This document shows positions 47,097-55,679 of a DNA stretch of 64,000 nt, one piece after another. The DNA comes from a virus (lineage: Duplodnaviria; Caudoviricetes). The stretch covers positions 216 through 64,215 of IMG/VR virus record IMGVR_UViG_3300019776_000220. One strand, written 5' to 3'. Every line of letters starts with the position of its first letter. The stretch's first letter is position 1. The position numbers were made by a program, and so were the translations under genes. The notes beneath the pieces are model-generated. The model ran no database searches, was not told the DNA's origin, and saw nothing but the letters and a program-made list of their open reading frames with translations.

Positions 47097-47212
47097 TACT
47101 ATAATAGCATCCAACAAATGATTGGGTGATACTATAGTAGCAGGGGGGTGATACTATAGTAGCACCATAATAATAGAATATAATAATAAAGAATAATATA
47201 ATAATATATATT
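47094..47212. repeat. second iteron and AT-rich origin-like cassette
   Basis: TGATACTATAATAGCA at 47094, TGATACTATAGTAGCA at 47127 and 47149 (G6 spacer), AT-rich tract 47167-47212. Confidence 0.8.
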
Positions 47213-47321
47213 GCTCAAAAAGTTTTGAAAATATTTTTGAAGAAGAAAACGACAGTTTTCCATTAAAAGAAAAAAAAAGAAATATGTATTGTTTCTCCCG
47301 CCCGCCCAAACCAAATATGAT

Positions 47322-47879
47322 ATGGCATTATTTACTGAAGATGATTTTAAAGTTTTAACAGTTGACCCGTTTGCAAAGAGCTTTGCTAAACAGAAGGTGG
47401 TCGAACAAATATTTGGTAAAGTCAATCCATCTGAGGAGGCAATTATCAAGTATGTGATATTGTTATACGATAGCAAGTCTCCGCTTCGATTGAAGATACC
47501 TCTGCTATCAGATAGGAAGAAGGAATGTGCTGAGTTAGCAGGTTTGAAAGCAAGTGAGCAAATCTTCGATTTAAGCCACGCAAATATAGTGGGCTATGTG
47601 AATGCCTATCTTCGGTATCAACAGTCGAAGGTATGGTCAATATTGGCGGCTAACGAAGAGGTATTGTGGCAGTATCAACAAGAACTTTTGAATCCGATTA
47701 AGGATTTCAAGAATGACAAGGATAAACTGCAAGCATTAGAGATTAAATCAAAGTTGATGGGCGAGTGCGATGCTATCATTAAAAGGATTGAGGCTTACGA
47801 AGAAAAGTTGTTTGGAGATAATTCTGATAAGAAGGATAAGATATTGAATATGACACCTGAAGCTATTGCCAATGTATAG
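47322..47879 (+). CDS. putative terminase small subunit
   Basis: Helical protein of about 185 aa overlapping the TerL start; ATG at 47322; assigned by context. Confidence 0.45.
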   Translation: MALFTEDDFKVLTVDPFAKSFAKQKVVEQIFGKVNPSEEAIIKYVILLYDSKSPLRLKIPLLSDRKKECAELAGLKASEQIFDLSHANIVGYVNAYLRYQQSKVWSILAANEEVLWQYQQELLNPIKDFKNDKDKLQALEIKSKLMGECDAIIKRIEAYEEKLFGDNSDKKDKILNMTPEAIANV

Positions 47880-49881
47880 AGCTCATAAGAATTCAAAGAC
47901 ATTAGAGGTTAACGGGATAATGGTTAACCTTCCTCCTGTTGGGATGGTATACAATGTGCTGACAAATGAATGGGAAAAAAGAGACCCTGTTAAGCGGTCT
48001 ATGAGAAAAGAGAATCAGTATTGGGAAAGACCATTGCCACCCGATGACTACGAGACCAAGCGTAAGAAAGAAATGCTTGCTCAAAAAACCAACCCTGATT
48101 ATTATAACACGGAACTACAGAACTACCGCAACCAAGAATGGGATAGGAGATTGAATGGGTTTTGGTTTTATAATAATGGTCACGCAACTTATGTTACGGG
48201 GCTTCATTACTTTTATCTGGTCCATTGGAAAATTGATGTTGGTTATCCAGACTTCCGTATTACCGATACGCACTTCTTTTACTTTTTGGATTACGTTTGC
48301 CAAGACCCACGCAGTCTCGGAATGATTGAGGTAACAAAACGTCGTCAGGGTAAGACAATGAGGGCGGGGGCATTTTTGTTTGAACTTACATCGAGGAGTA
48401 AGAATAAGAATGCAGGTATACAATCTAAGACATTTGAAGATGCTAAGGAGAACGTATTTGCAAAGGGTGTGATTATGCCATTCAAGTACCTACCCGATTT
48501 CTTTATTCCAATTTACGATACGGAAAAAGGTATGACCCCTAAAGGAGAACTTCGTTTCTTCAAAACAAATAAGAGGGGTGCTACAGATTTTGATTTTGAT
48601 AAGAAGGTAGAACTTGAATCAAGTATTACCTTTAAGTCAGCAGATAAATTCTCATACGATGGAACGAAATTACATAGATACCTTGCGGATGAGGCGGGCA
48701 AAACAAAGAATGTTGACGTATATGACCGCCATCAAGTTGTTCAGTTCTGTCTTCAGCAAGAAGAAAACATTATTGGAAAGGCTCTTTATACGACAACTGT
48801 TGAGGAGATGGAAGATGGTGGTGCAAGTTTTAAGCAACTATGGATGGCTTCAGACCAATCAAAGCGAGACAAAAATGGTCGCACGATGTCGGGGCTGTAC
48901 CAATACTTTATGCCAGCGTACAAAACGTTGTTCTACGATAAATACGGCTACCCCGACGAAGAGAAGGCGAAGGAATATTATGTAAATGCAAGGGAGGCAT
49001 TGTCATCTGATAGCAGAGCATTAGCCTCATACATTCGCAAGAACCCATTTACTATCGAGGAGGCATTCTTTAGCGAAGGCGAGACTTGCTTATACGATGC
49101 AATGGCAATCAATCGTCAAATTGAAACAATAACGTGGATTGATAAAAAAGAATTATATTTGCAAGGAGAATTTGTTTGGGAGAACGGAGTTCGTGACAGC
49201 AAGGTTGTATTTAAGGAAAGTTCAAGTGGGAAATTCCTTGTTGTTAAGCAAGTGAACCCGTTTGATACAGATTCTTATAACCAAGTTGAGGAGTACGGAA
49301 CTAAAAAGATTCCGAAAGCTAAAACTAAATACGCTATCGGAGTTGACCCCTTCGACCATTCAATCACAACCAGTAATGAACGCTCTGATGGAGCAGCGTA
49401 TGTCTATAGGAGATTCGATGCGACAGATGATTTAAGTGAAACATTCTTGGTAGAATATTTGAACAGACCTGATAAGGCTGAAATATTTTACGAGGATATG
49501 ATTAAGCTATGTCATTTCTTTGGTTGTGAGATATTATCTGAGGACCAGAAGATTGGTTTGATTAAATATTTTGAGTACAGGGGCTATGAAAAGTTCTTGA
49601 TTAAAATGCCTAATTCTACGAAATACGGCATATCTGCAAGCACAAAGGTGCACCAACAGATAGCTGAAGAAACGGAGACTTATATAATGGATAATTTGCA
49701 CAAAGTAAAATTTGTGAGACTTTTAAATGACTGGTTGCACTTTGATATCAATAAAACTACTAAATTTGATGCAGCAATGGCGAGTGGTTACACATTAATT
49801 GCATCGAGTAAATCAAAGTTTACTCAAAAGATTGAACAACAACAAAAACTATATGAAATACGAGATGTATTTCCGTTTTAA
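47872..49881 (+). CDS. terL: terminase large subunit
   Basis: Walker A KRRQGKT, Walker B LADEAGK, RNase H-like IGVDPF...FDAAMA; precedes the portal. Confidence 0.9.
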   Translation: MYRAHKNSKTLEVNGIMVNLPPVGMVYNVLTNEWEKRDPVKRSMRKENQYWERPLPPDDYETKRKKEMLAQKTNPDYYNTELQNYRNQEWDRRLNGFWFYNNGHATYVTGLHYFYLVHWKIDVGYPDFRITDTHFFYFLDYVCQDPRSLGMIEVTKRRQGKTMRAGAFLFELTSRSKNKNAGIQSKTFEDAKENVFAKGVIMPFKYLPDFFIPIYDTEKGMTPKGELRFFKTNKRGATDFDFDKKVELESSITFKSADKFSYDGTKLHRYLADEAGKTKNVDVYDRHQVVQFCLQQEENIIGKALYTTTVEEMEDGGASFKQLWMASDQSKRDKNGRTMSGLYQYFMPAYKTLFYDKYGYPDEEKAKEYYVNAREALSSDSRALASYIRKNPFTIEEAFFSEGETCLYDAMAINRQIETITWIDKKELYLQGEFVWENGVRDSKVVFKESSSGKFLVVKQVNPFDTDSYNQVEEYGTKKIPKAKTKYAIGVDPFDHSITTSNERSDGAAYVYRRFDATDDLSETFLVEYLNRPDKAEIFYEDMIKLCHFFGCEILSEDQKIGLIKYFEYRGYEKFLIKMPNSTKYGISASTKVHQQIAEETETYIMDNLHKVKFVRLLNDWLHFDINKTTKFDAAMASGYTLIASSKSKFTQKIEQQQKLYEIRDVFPF

Positions 49882-49883
49882 TT

Positions 49884-52181
49884 ATGGATGATAACGTAAC
49901 TTCGACACTTGGATTTCCAAGCCATTTAGTAGACTCCTCTCAGAAGGATAAGAAATGGATTGCTCAGTACATTAAAGCCGCTTGGATGGATTTCTCCACC
50001 TACTACCCTAATCAGTTGTACAACGGGCGGGATAAGTACCACGAAACAAAATTGTATATGCTTGGTAAGCAATCTGTTAGCAGATACAAAAAACTGTTTC
50101 AACCAAATCAAGTTGCTAACGAAGACCAATCTTGGATTAATATTAACTGGGACATCCTCCCAATTATCCCAAAATTTCGCAGAATCGCATTGGCTACATT
50201 GTTAAAAACCGATTATACAATATCTGTTGATGCAATTGACCCGATAGCACAGGATGACAAGAAAGAGTTTTATGCTCAGAACGCAGCAAGAATTATGCTG
50301 AAGGAGGAGTTTAAAAAACAAGGAGTTGACCCATCAGAAGTACCTGACCCAGAAGTAGATGCAGCTAACTTAAAAGAGTTAGATATTTATATGACGTATT
50401 CGTATAAGCATCGGATGGCGATTGAAATGGAGCAAGCATTACAATTGATTTTGAGTTTAAATAAGTTTGAGCAACAAAGAGAAAAAGCAATAGAAGATTT
50501 AATCGACTATGGAATCACAGGATATAAAGAGTATTTCGACAAATCAGGAAATATTAAAACTCGGCACGTCTCTCCTGCTAATATGGTTATGTCGTATTCT
50601 ATTGACCCAAATTTTGAAGATGTTCAATACTTCGGAGAAATAATTGAGATTACAATAGCTGACTTAAAAGAAATGGCGGGAGACCAAATCTCTGAAGCTC
50701 AATACGAAATCATAGCAGCTAAGTACACAAACAAATTGGGTAATCCTGCATTACTTAAAAATGTTAATTCTAACCAAAATAGAAACTACGATGGATTTAG
50801 AATTCGTGTACTTGATTTAGAGTTCTATTCTGTTAACAGCTTAATTCAAGAGGAAAGAGTTAATTCCAAAGGAAATTTAGTAGTAGGCAGAACAAATAAA
50901 GTTAAAAGCAATAAGCCAGATAAGAAATACACAAAAACTGATTACAAAGTTGTCTATCAAGGCAAATGGATTGTAGACTCAGATGTATTCTTTGATTGCG
51001 AATTAGCTACAAATATGAAGCGGGCAAAGTCATCGATGACAGAGACCACAATGTCTTATCACGTTGTTGCTCCGCAAATCTACCAAATGAATACATATTC
51101 TTTGGGAGAGCAGATGAAAACCATTGCAGACCAGATTCAAATGGCTTGGTACAAATTGCAGAATGTTATGCTTCGTGCAAGACCAAGAGGTATTATGATT
51201 GAATTGGGAGCTTTGGAGAACGTGCCACTTGGAAGAGGAGGCAAGGCAATGAAGCCAATGGAAATTATCGACTTATATAATCAAACAGGTAATTTAGTTT
51301 ATCGTAGATTAAGCGAAGAAGGAAATGCAAGTAATTATAAGCCAATTGAAGAACTTGATAATGGTATTGGGAATGAAGCTATACAATATTTTAATATTAT
51401 TACAAACAATATTCAGCTCCTAAGAGACATTCTCGGATTCAATGAAATAACAGATGGTTCAACACCAGACCCTCGCACATTAAAGGGTGTGGCTAAGTAT
51501 GCTTCTGAGTCAACAAATAACTCTTTGGACTTTATTAGACGTTCAGAGCGTAATTTGCTTGAGCGGATGTGCTATTCATTGACTTTGCGTATTCAAGATG
51601 CTGCCCAAATGGGTACTATTGATGGATTTGTGAGAGCTCTTGGTTCAAATTCAGTACAATTCTTTAAGTTAGACCCTAATGTATCGGCATATGAGTGCGG
51701 ATTGATTATCCAACAAAAGCCAACGGAAGCCGAAAGAGAGAAATTAGCAAGAAGAATTGAGCAAGCTATTCAGGCAAATCAAATTACACTTGCAGATGCA
51801 ATGATGGTTGAGAATCTTGATGATTTAAAGTATGCAGAACTATTACTTGGATACAAGATTACTAAAAACCAAGAAGATGCTCAAGAAAGAGCTATGCAAC
51901 AGCAGCAAATGAATGGTCAGATTCAACAACAATCGGCAATGACCGCTGCTCAAGCACAACAGCAAACGATTCAAATTGAAACTCAAGCTAAATTAGCAGT
52001 TATCCAGAAAGAGAAAGAGCTTGAGGCTCAGATGCTTATGATGAAATTAAAAATGGAGGCAGAGATTGAGCAAATGAAGATTATGGGTAAAATTGATATG
52101 AGTAAAATTGAAGCTGACTCAAGAGAGTACATAGCAGAAATTAAGAAATCGGCAATAAAAATGTCAGATTATAAAAAATAA
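49884..52181 (+). CDS. portal protein
   Basis: 765 aa after TerL; ININWDILPIIPKF, LGFNEITDG, Q-rich C-terminal coiled coil as in crAss/P22-type portals. Confidence 0.85.
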   Translation: MDDNVTSTLGFPSHLVDSSQKDKKWIAQYIKAAWMDFSTYYPNQLYNGRDKYHETKLYMLGKQSVSRYKKLFQPNQVANEDQSWININWDILPIIPKFRRIALATLLKTDYTISVDAIDPIAQDDKKEFYAQNAARIMLKEEFKKQGVDPSEVPDPEVDAANLKELDIYMTYSYKHRMAIEMEQALQLILSLNKFEQQREKAIEDLIDYGITGYKEYFDKSGNIKTRHVSPANMVMSYSIDPNFEDVQYFGEIIEITIADLKEMAGDQISEAQYEIIAAKYTNKLGNPALLKNVNSNQNRNYDGFRIRVLDLEFYSVNSLIQEERVNSKGNLVVGRTNKVKSNKPDKKYTKTDYKVVYQGKWIVDSDVFFDCELATNMKRAKSSMTETTMSYHVVAPQIYQMNTYSLGEQMKTIADQIQMAWYKLQNVMLRARPRGIMIELGALENVPLGRGGKAMKPMEIIDLYNQTGNLVYRRLSEEGNASNYKPIEELDNGIGNEAIQYFNIITNNIQLLRDILGFNEITDGSTPDPRTLKGVAKYASESTNNSLDFIRRSERNLLERMCYSLTLRIQDAAQMGTIDGFVRALGSNSVQFFKLDPNVSAYECGLIIQQKPTEAEREKLARRIEQAIQANQITLADAMMVENLDDLKYAELLLGYKITKNQEDAQERAMQQQQMNGQIQQQSAMTAAQAQQQTIQIETQAKLAVIQKEKELEAQMLMMKLKMEAEIEQMKIMGKIDMSKIEADSREYIAEIKKSAIKMSDYKK

Positions 52182-52185
52182 ATTA

Positions 52186-52204
52186 TAGATTTGCGTAACC
52201 AAAC
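52186..52204 (+). promoter_or_regulatory. -7 box TAGATTTG plus AACCAAAC leader
   Basis: TAGATTTGCGTAACCAAAC. Confidence 0.6.
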
Positions 52205-52213
52205 AATACAAAT

Positions 52214-53320
52214 ATGGCAGAGCCAATTAATTTAGATGAACTATTGGATAAAAAACCCATAGTAGATGAAGAGACAGCAGAGTCAACAGATACCGAACAA
52301 ATTGATGAAACAAATGATGTTTCTCAAAGCGAAGGAGTTGGCGATGTTGATGAAAATAATGATTCTCAGAACGATGAGAATTTAACAAACGAAAATGCGG
52401 GTGAGGAGGAAGATGAAGAAGTTTATATTAACACAGATGGAAGCCAAGAGGCAACCATTGAATCAGATAGTCAGGAGACTTCTGATGACGTTGATAAAGC
52501 AAATGATTCAGAACCTAAGCCTACAGAATATAAATTCAAGGATGACTTTATAAAAAAGGCGGTTGACTATTACGAGAAGTACGGTACACTACAACCTTTT
52601 TTAGAAGCCACTCAGACTGATTATGATACTGTTGATGATTCACAGTTGTTAAGAATGAAGTTCGATAAGGACAATTCAGACTTGCCAGCTAAAACCAGAG
52701 ATAGATTATTTCAGAAAGAACTTGAAAAGTATAATCTTGATTCGTATGAAGAAGATGATATTGAGTTAGGTCAAGCGTTATTAAAGCGAGATGCCAATAA
52801 GCTAAGACAAACACTCAAGGAAGAGCAACAGCAATTCTTACAATCTATTCAACCTGCGGCACAAGAACAACAGAGTACGGTTTCACAAGAGCAGTTGGAA
52901 GCTCAAAGAGAGCAAAACAAACAACTTGCAAAAAGTGGAGTCGAAAGTGTACTAAAAAACAACTATATTAAAGTTGGAGCTAACGGGGAAGGTATTAATT
53001 TCCAAGTTGCAGATACTAATAAAGTCGTTGATTTTGCACTTGACTCAACTCAGTTTCTATCTACGTTTGCAAAACAAGATGGAAGTATTGATTGGGACAA
53101 ATGGGTTAAAGTGGTTGCCTTTACGGAAAACCCTGATTTATTTGTCGGAGAACTAATCAAGCACGGAAAATCTTTAGGCAGAAAAGCAATGGAGGCAGAG
53201 TTGAAAAATTTCAAACCAGAAAATAAATCTAAGGCAGTTGTGCAGGGGGATGAAGGAAGCGACAACCCTTTTGACGATAAATTAGGTTTCTTAAAAGGAA
53301 TGAAAGTTACAAGAAAATAA
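52214..53320 (+). CDS. putative capsid scaffolding protein
   Basis: Very acidic N-terminal third and coiled-coil remainder; between portal and capsid. Confidence 0.65.
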   Translation: MAEPINLDELLDKKPIVDEETAESTDTEQIDETNDVSQSEGVGDVDENNDSQNDENLTNENAGEEEDEEVYINTDGSQEATIESDSQETSDDVDKANDSEPKPTEYKFKDDFIKKAVDYYEKYGTLQPFLEATQTDYDTVDDSQLLRMKFDKDNSDLPAKTRDRLFQKELEKYNLDSYEEDDIELGQALLKRDANKLRQTLKEEQQQFLQSIQPAAQEQQSTVSQEQLEAQREQNKQLAKSGVESVLKNNYIKVGANGEGINFQVADTNKVVDFALDSTQFLSTFAKQDGSIDWDKWVKVVAFTENPDLFVGELIKHGKSLGRKAMEAELKNFKPENKSKAVVQGDEGSDNPFDDKLGFLKGMKVTRK

Positions 53321-53347
53321 TTTTTTAACTTTTAAAAAGAAATTGAA

Positions 53348-54676
53348 ATGGCTATTGCAGCAGGTAATATTGACCGTACCTTTTTATCAACGGTATCGTT
53401 CACAAACACGCTTGAGCAGCGTGAGATTTTAAAAGACGTTCTTGACATCTATGATGAAGAAGCGTCTATGCTTGACATTTTAGATTGGACAGGTCGCTCT
53501 AAGGCTACTGCTCAAACTGAATATTTTACAGTACAAAACAACTTCTTGTATGCTGTTGCTACAGTTAAGACGTTGACTACTGCTGGTTCTGCGGGTGCTT
53601 CTGCATCTATCACTTGTACTGGTGCAACTTCTGTTAAGCCTGTAGTTGGTGAATTAATGTTGTTCTCTAACGGTGTTGTTGGTTATGTATCTGCTGTTGA
53701 TTCAGCTACTGACTTTACAATTACTGTTAAGCCAGTTAACTCTGCGGATATTATCCCTGCGGTTGCTGTTGGAGCAAAATTATCTTTCTTCTCTAACTCA
53801 TACGCTGAAGGTACTGGTTCTAACCAAATGCGTAAGTCTGACTTGGTTAAGCGTTCTAACAAACTTCAAATCTTCAAAACTAAGACATCTATCACAGATA
53901 TCGCTTATGGTTCTAAGATTGAGGTTGAATTTAAGGGCAAGCCTTACTACTTCTTAAAGCAACAACACGATGCATATTTGAAGCACCGTATGGATATCCT
54001 TTACGCTGTATTGTTTGGTCGTGAGTCTGCTGGTTTGACTGATGCTGCTGGTAATGCAATTAACACAACTCGTGGTTTGCGTGATACTATTACTAACGCA
54101 GGTGGTATCGTATCTAACACAGGTACTGGTGGTGCAATTGCTTTGGCTGACTTATCTGCATTGTCTCGTTTGATGGATGCTAACCGTTGCCCAATTGAGT
54201 ATCAATTATGGGCTGGTGCTGATTTTGATAACGCATTTGATACAAATATTTCTTCTACTTCTCCATTCTTGAATGGTGGTATTAATTATGCTTCTTACAA
54301 TGGAAATAAAGACATCGCTGTAACATTGGGTATCCAATCATTTAATGCTTATGGTCGTACTTTCCACAAGAAGCGTTTGAATGCATTATCGCATCCACAA
54401 ATCACTTCTACTGCTACTAATACAAACTTTACTAAGGAGGCTTATTTAATTCCTGCTGGTAAAGTTAAGGTTGAGCAAGGTGGAGGTCAAGTAGACCGTA
54501 TGCAGTTGCGTTACTTAGAAATGGCTGATGGTATCAACTCTCGTTTCCGTGAGAAGATGTTGGGTGGTCTTGCACCAACTCCAACTTCAGATACTGATAC
54601 ATTGGATATCGTTTACAGCTCAATCGAAGGATTAGAGACTGTAGGTAACGAGCATTTCGTTAAGTATTCAATCTAA
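53348..54676 (+). CDS. major capsid protein
   Basis: 442 aa after the scaffold; strongly biased codons (CGT, GCT, TTC); NKLQIFKTKTSIT, AVLFG...TTRGL; followed by a terminator. Confidence 0.8.
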   Translation: MAIAAGNIDRTFLSTVSFTNTLEQREILKDVLDIYDEEASMLDILDWTGRSKATAQTEYFTVQNNFLYAVATVKTLTTAGSAGASASITCTGATSVKPVVGELMLFSNGVVGYVSAVDSATDFTITVKPVNSADIIPAVAVGAKLSFFSNSYAEGTGSNQMRKSDLVKRSNKLQIFKTKTSITDIAYGSKIEVEFKGKPYYFLKQQHDAYLKHRMDILYAVLFGRESAGLTDAAGNAINTTRGLRDTITNAGGIVSNTGTGGAIALADLSALSRLMDANRCPIEYQLWAGADFDNAFDTNISSTSPFLNGGINYASYNGNKDIAVTLGIQSFNAYGRTFHKKRLNALSHPQITSTATNTNFTKEAYLIPAGKVKVEQGGGQVDRMQLRYLEMADGINSRFREKMLGGLAPTPTSDTDTLDIVYSSIEGLETVGNEHFVKYSI

Positions 54677-54692
54677 TTAGGTTTGAGTGATT

Positions 54693-54725
54693 AAAGGGAG
54701 GGGGCTAAAAATCCCTCCTTTTTTT
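54693..54725 (+). terminator. intrinsic terminator after the capsid gene
   Basis: GGAGGG...CCCTCC stem followed by a T-run. Confidence 0.75.
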
Positions 54726-54757
54726 AAAAAAAAATAATACAACCAAACAATAAAAAA

Positions 54758-55573
54758 ATGAAAGCATCAGAATACAATCAATTCTCTCCATCTTTGAAGA
54801 GAATGTTAAAGCCAGATGAAAGAGCAACTTACAGAGTATTAAGTGTAAGACCTGACCCTGATAATTACGGCAAATTTTTAGTTCCAGCAGCACACCTTAT
54901 TAGACCTACTGACATTATTTACGATAAAGTAAAGAATGAGTATATTACTATTGCAGCAATTGACCGTGTAGATAATGAGGGAAATCCTGTGTTTTTAGAT
55001 ATTGTTTTTACAGCACAAAATCTTGGGTATATTTTTCTTAATGGGAACAATCCAACTCATCAAAAAATTTATCAGTTCTTAGAATTAGCAAATTGCAACG
55101 CATCTAATAAAGATAGAAACCAAGATACTGAACCTATTTTCCAAAGAATTGATACTCAGAAAGAGGCTAAAGAAGAACGTGCTATGCGTAAATTAATTGT
55201 TAAAGCAGTTAATATTGCGTTAGAATTAGATGATTTAAAAGTAAAAGAAGTGTCTATGGCACTTGGTATTGATGCAGAAACTATTGATGAGGTTCGCAAT
55301 CAATTAGAAGATTATGCAGAGGAGAATCCAGAAGATTTCATTTCAGTTGTTGAACGAGCATCTCTTGGAGCAGAATCTATATTAAAAGAAGCAGTTAAGC
55401 GAGGAATTATTAAAAATAATGTAAATTCGCAAGTGTTTGAATGGACAGATACTGAAAAAGAAATTTATAAGTATAAAAAAGCTCCAAACAAAAACTACTT
55501 CAAAGAATTAGCCGATTACTTGGAAGAAAACAATCCAGATGAGCTAAATGCCATCAAGACCCGCTTAGGGTAA
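54758..55573 (+). CDS. conserved post-capsid protein (position equivalent to the crAss post-MCP gene)
   Basis: 271 aa; assigned by context. Confidence 0.5.
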   Translation: MKASEYNQFSPSLKRMLKPDERATYRVLSVRPDPDNYGKFLVPAAHLIRPTDIIYDKVKNEYITIAAIDRVDNEGNPVFLDIVFTAQNLGYIFLNGNNPTHQKIYQFLELANCNASNKDRNQDTEPIFQRIDTQKEAKEERAMRKLIVKAVNIALELDDLKVKEVSMALGIDAETIDEVRNQLEDYAEENPEDFISVVERASLGAESILKEAVKRGIIKNNVNSQVFEWTDTEKEIYKYKKAPNKNYFKELADYLEENNPDELNAIKTRLG

Positions 55574-55646
55574 ATCCGACAACAGGATTGATTGTTTGGT
55601 TTCGGTTAATTAGAGGAGGTCGCATATTGTGACCTCTTTCTTTTTT
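55573..55646 (+). ncRNA. candidate 3'-UTR small RNA: 5' hairpin, anti-leader seed ATTGTTTGGTTT, intrinsic terminator
   Basis: AATCC-GACAACA-GGATT hairpin; seed at 55591-55602; terminator GAGGTCGC-ATATT-GTGACCTC plus T-run at 55612-55646. Confidence 0.4.
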
Positions 55647-55679
55647 AGTATATTTACACAAATTATATTTGGCTTTGAA

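Noticed and set aside
47132-47476. 114-aa minus-strand ORF with YYY/LLL/FFFF runs
   Set aside because: Artefact of the AT-rich origin-like tract, antisense to the terS candidate
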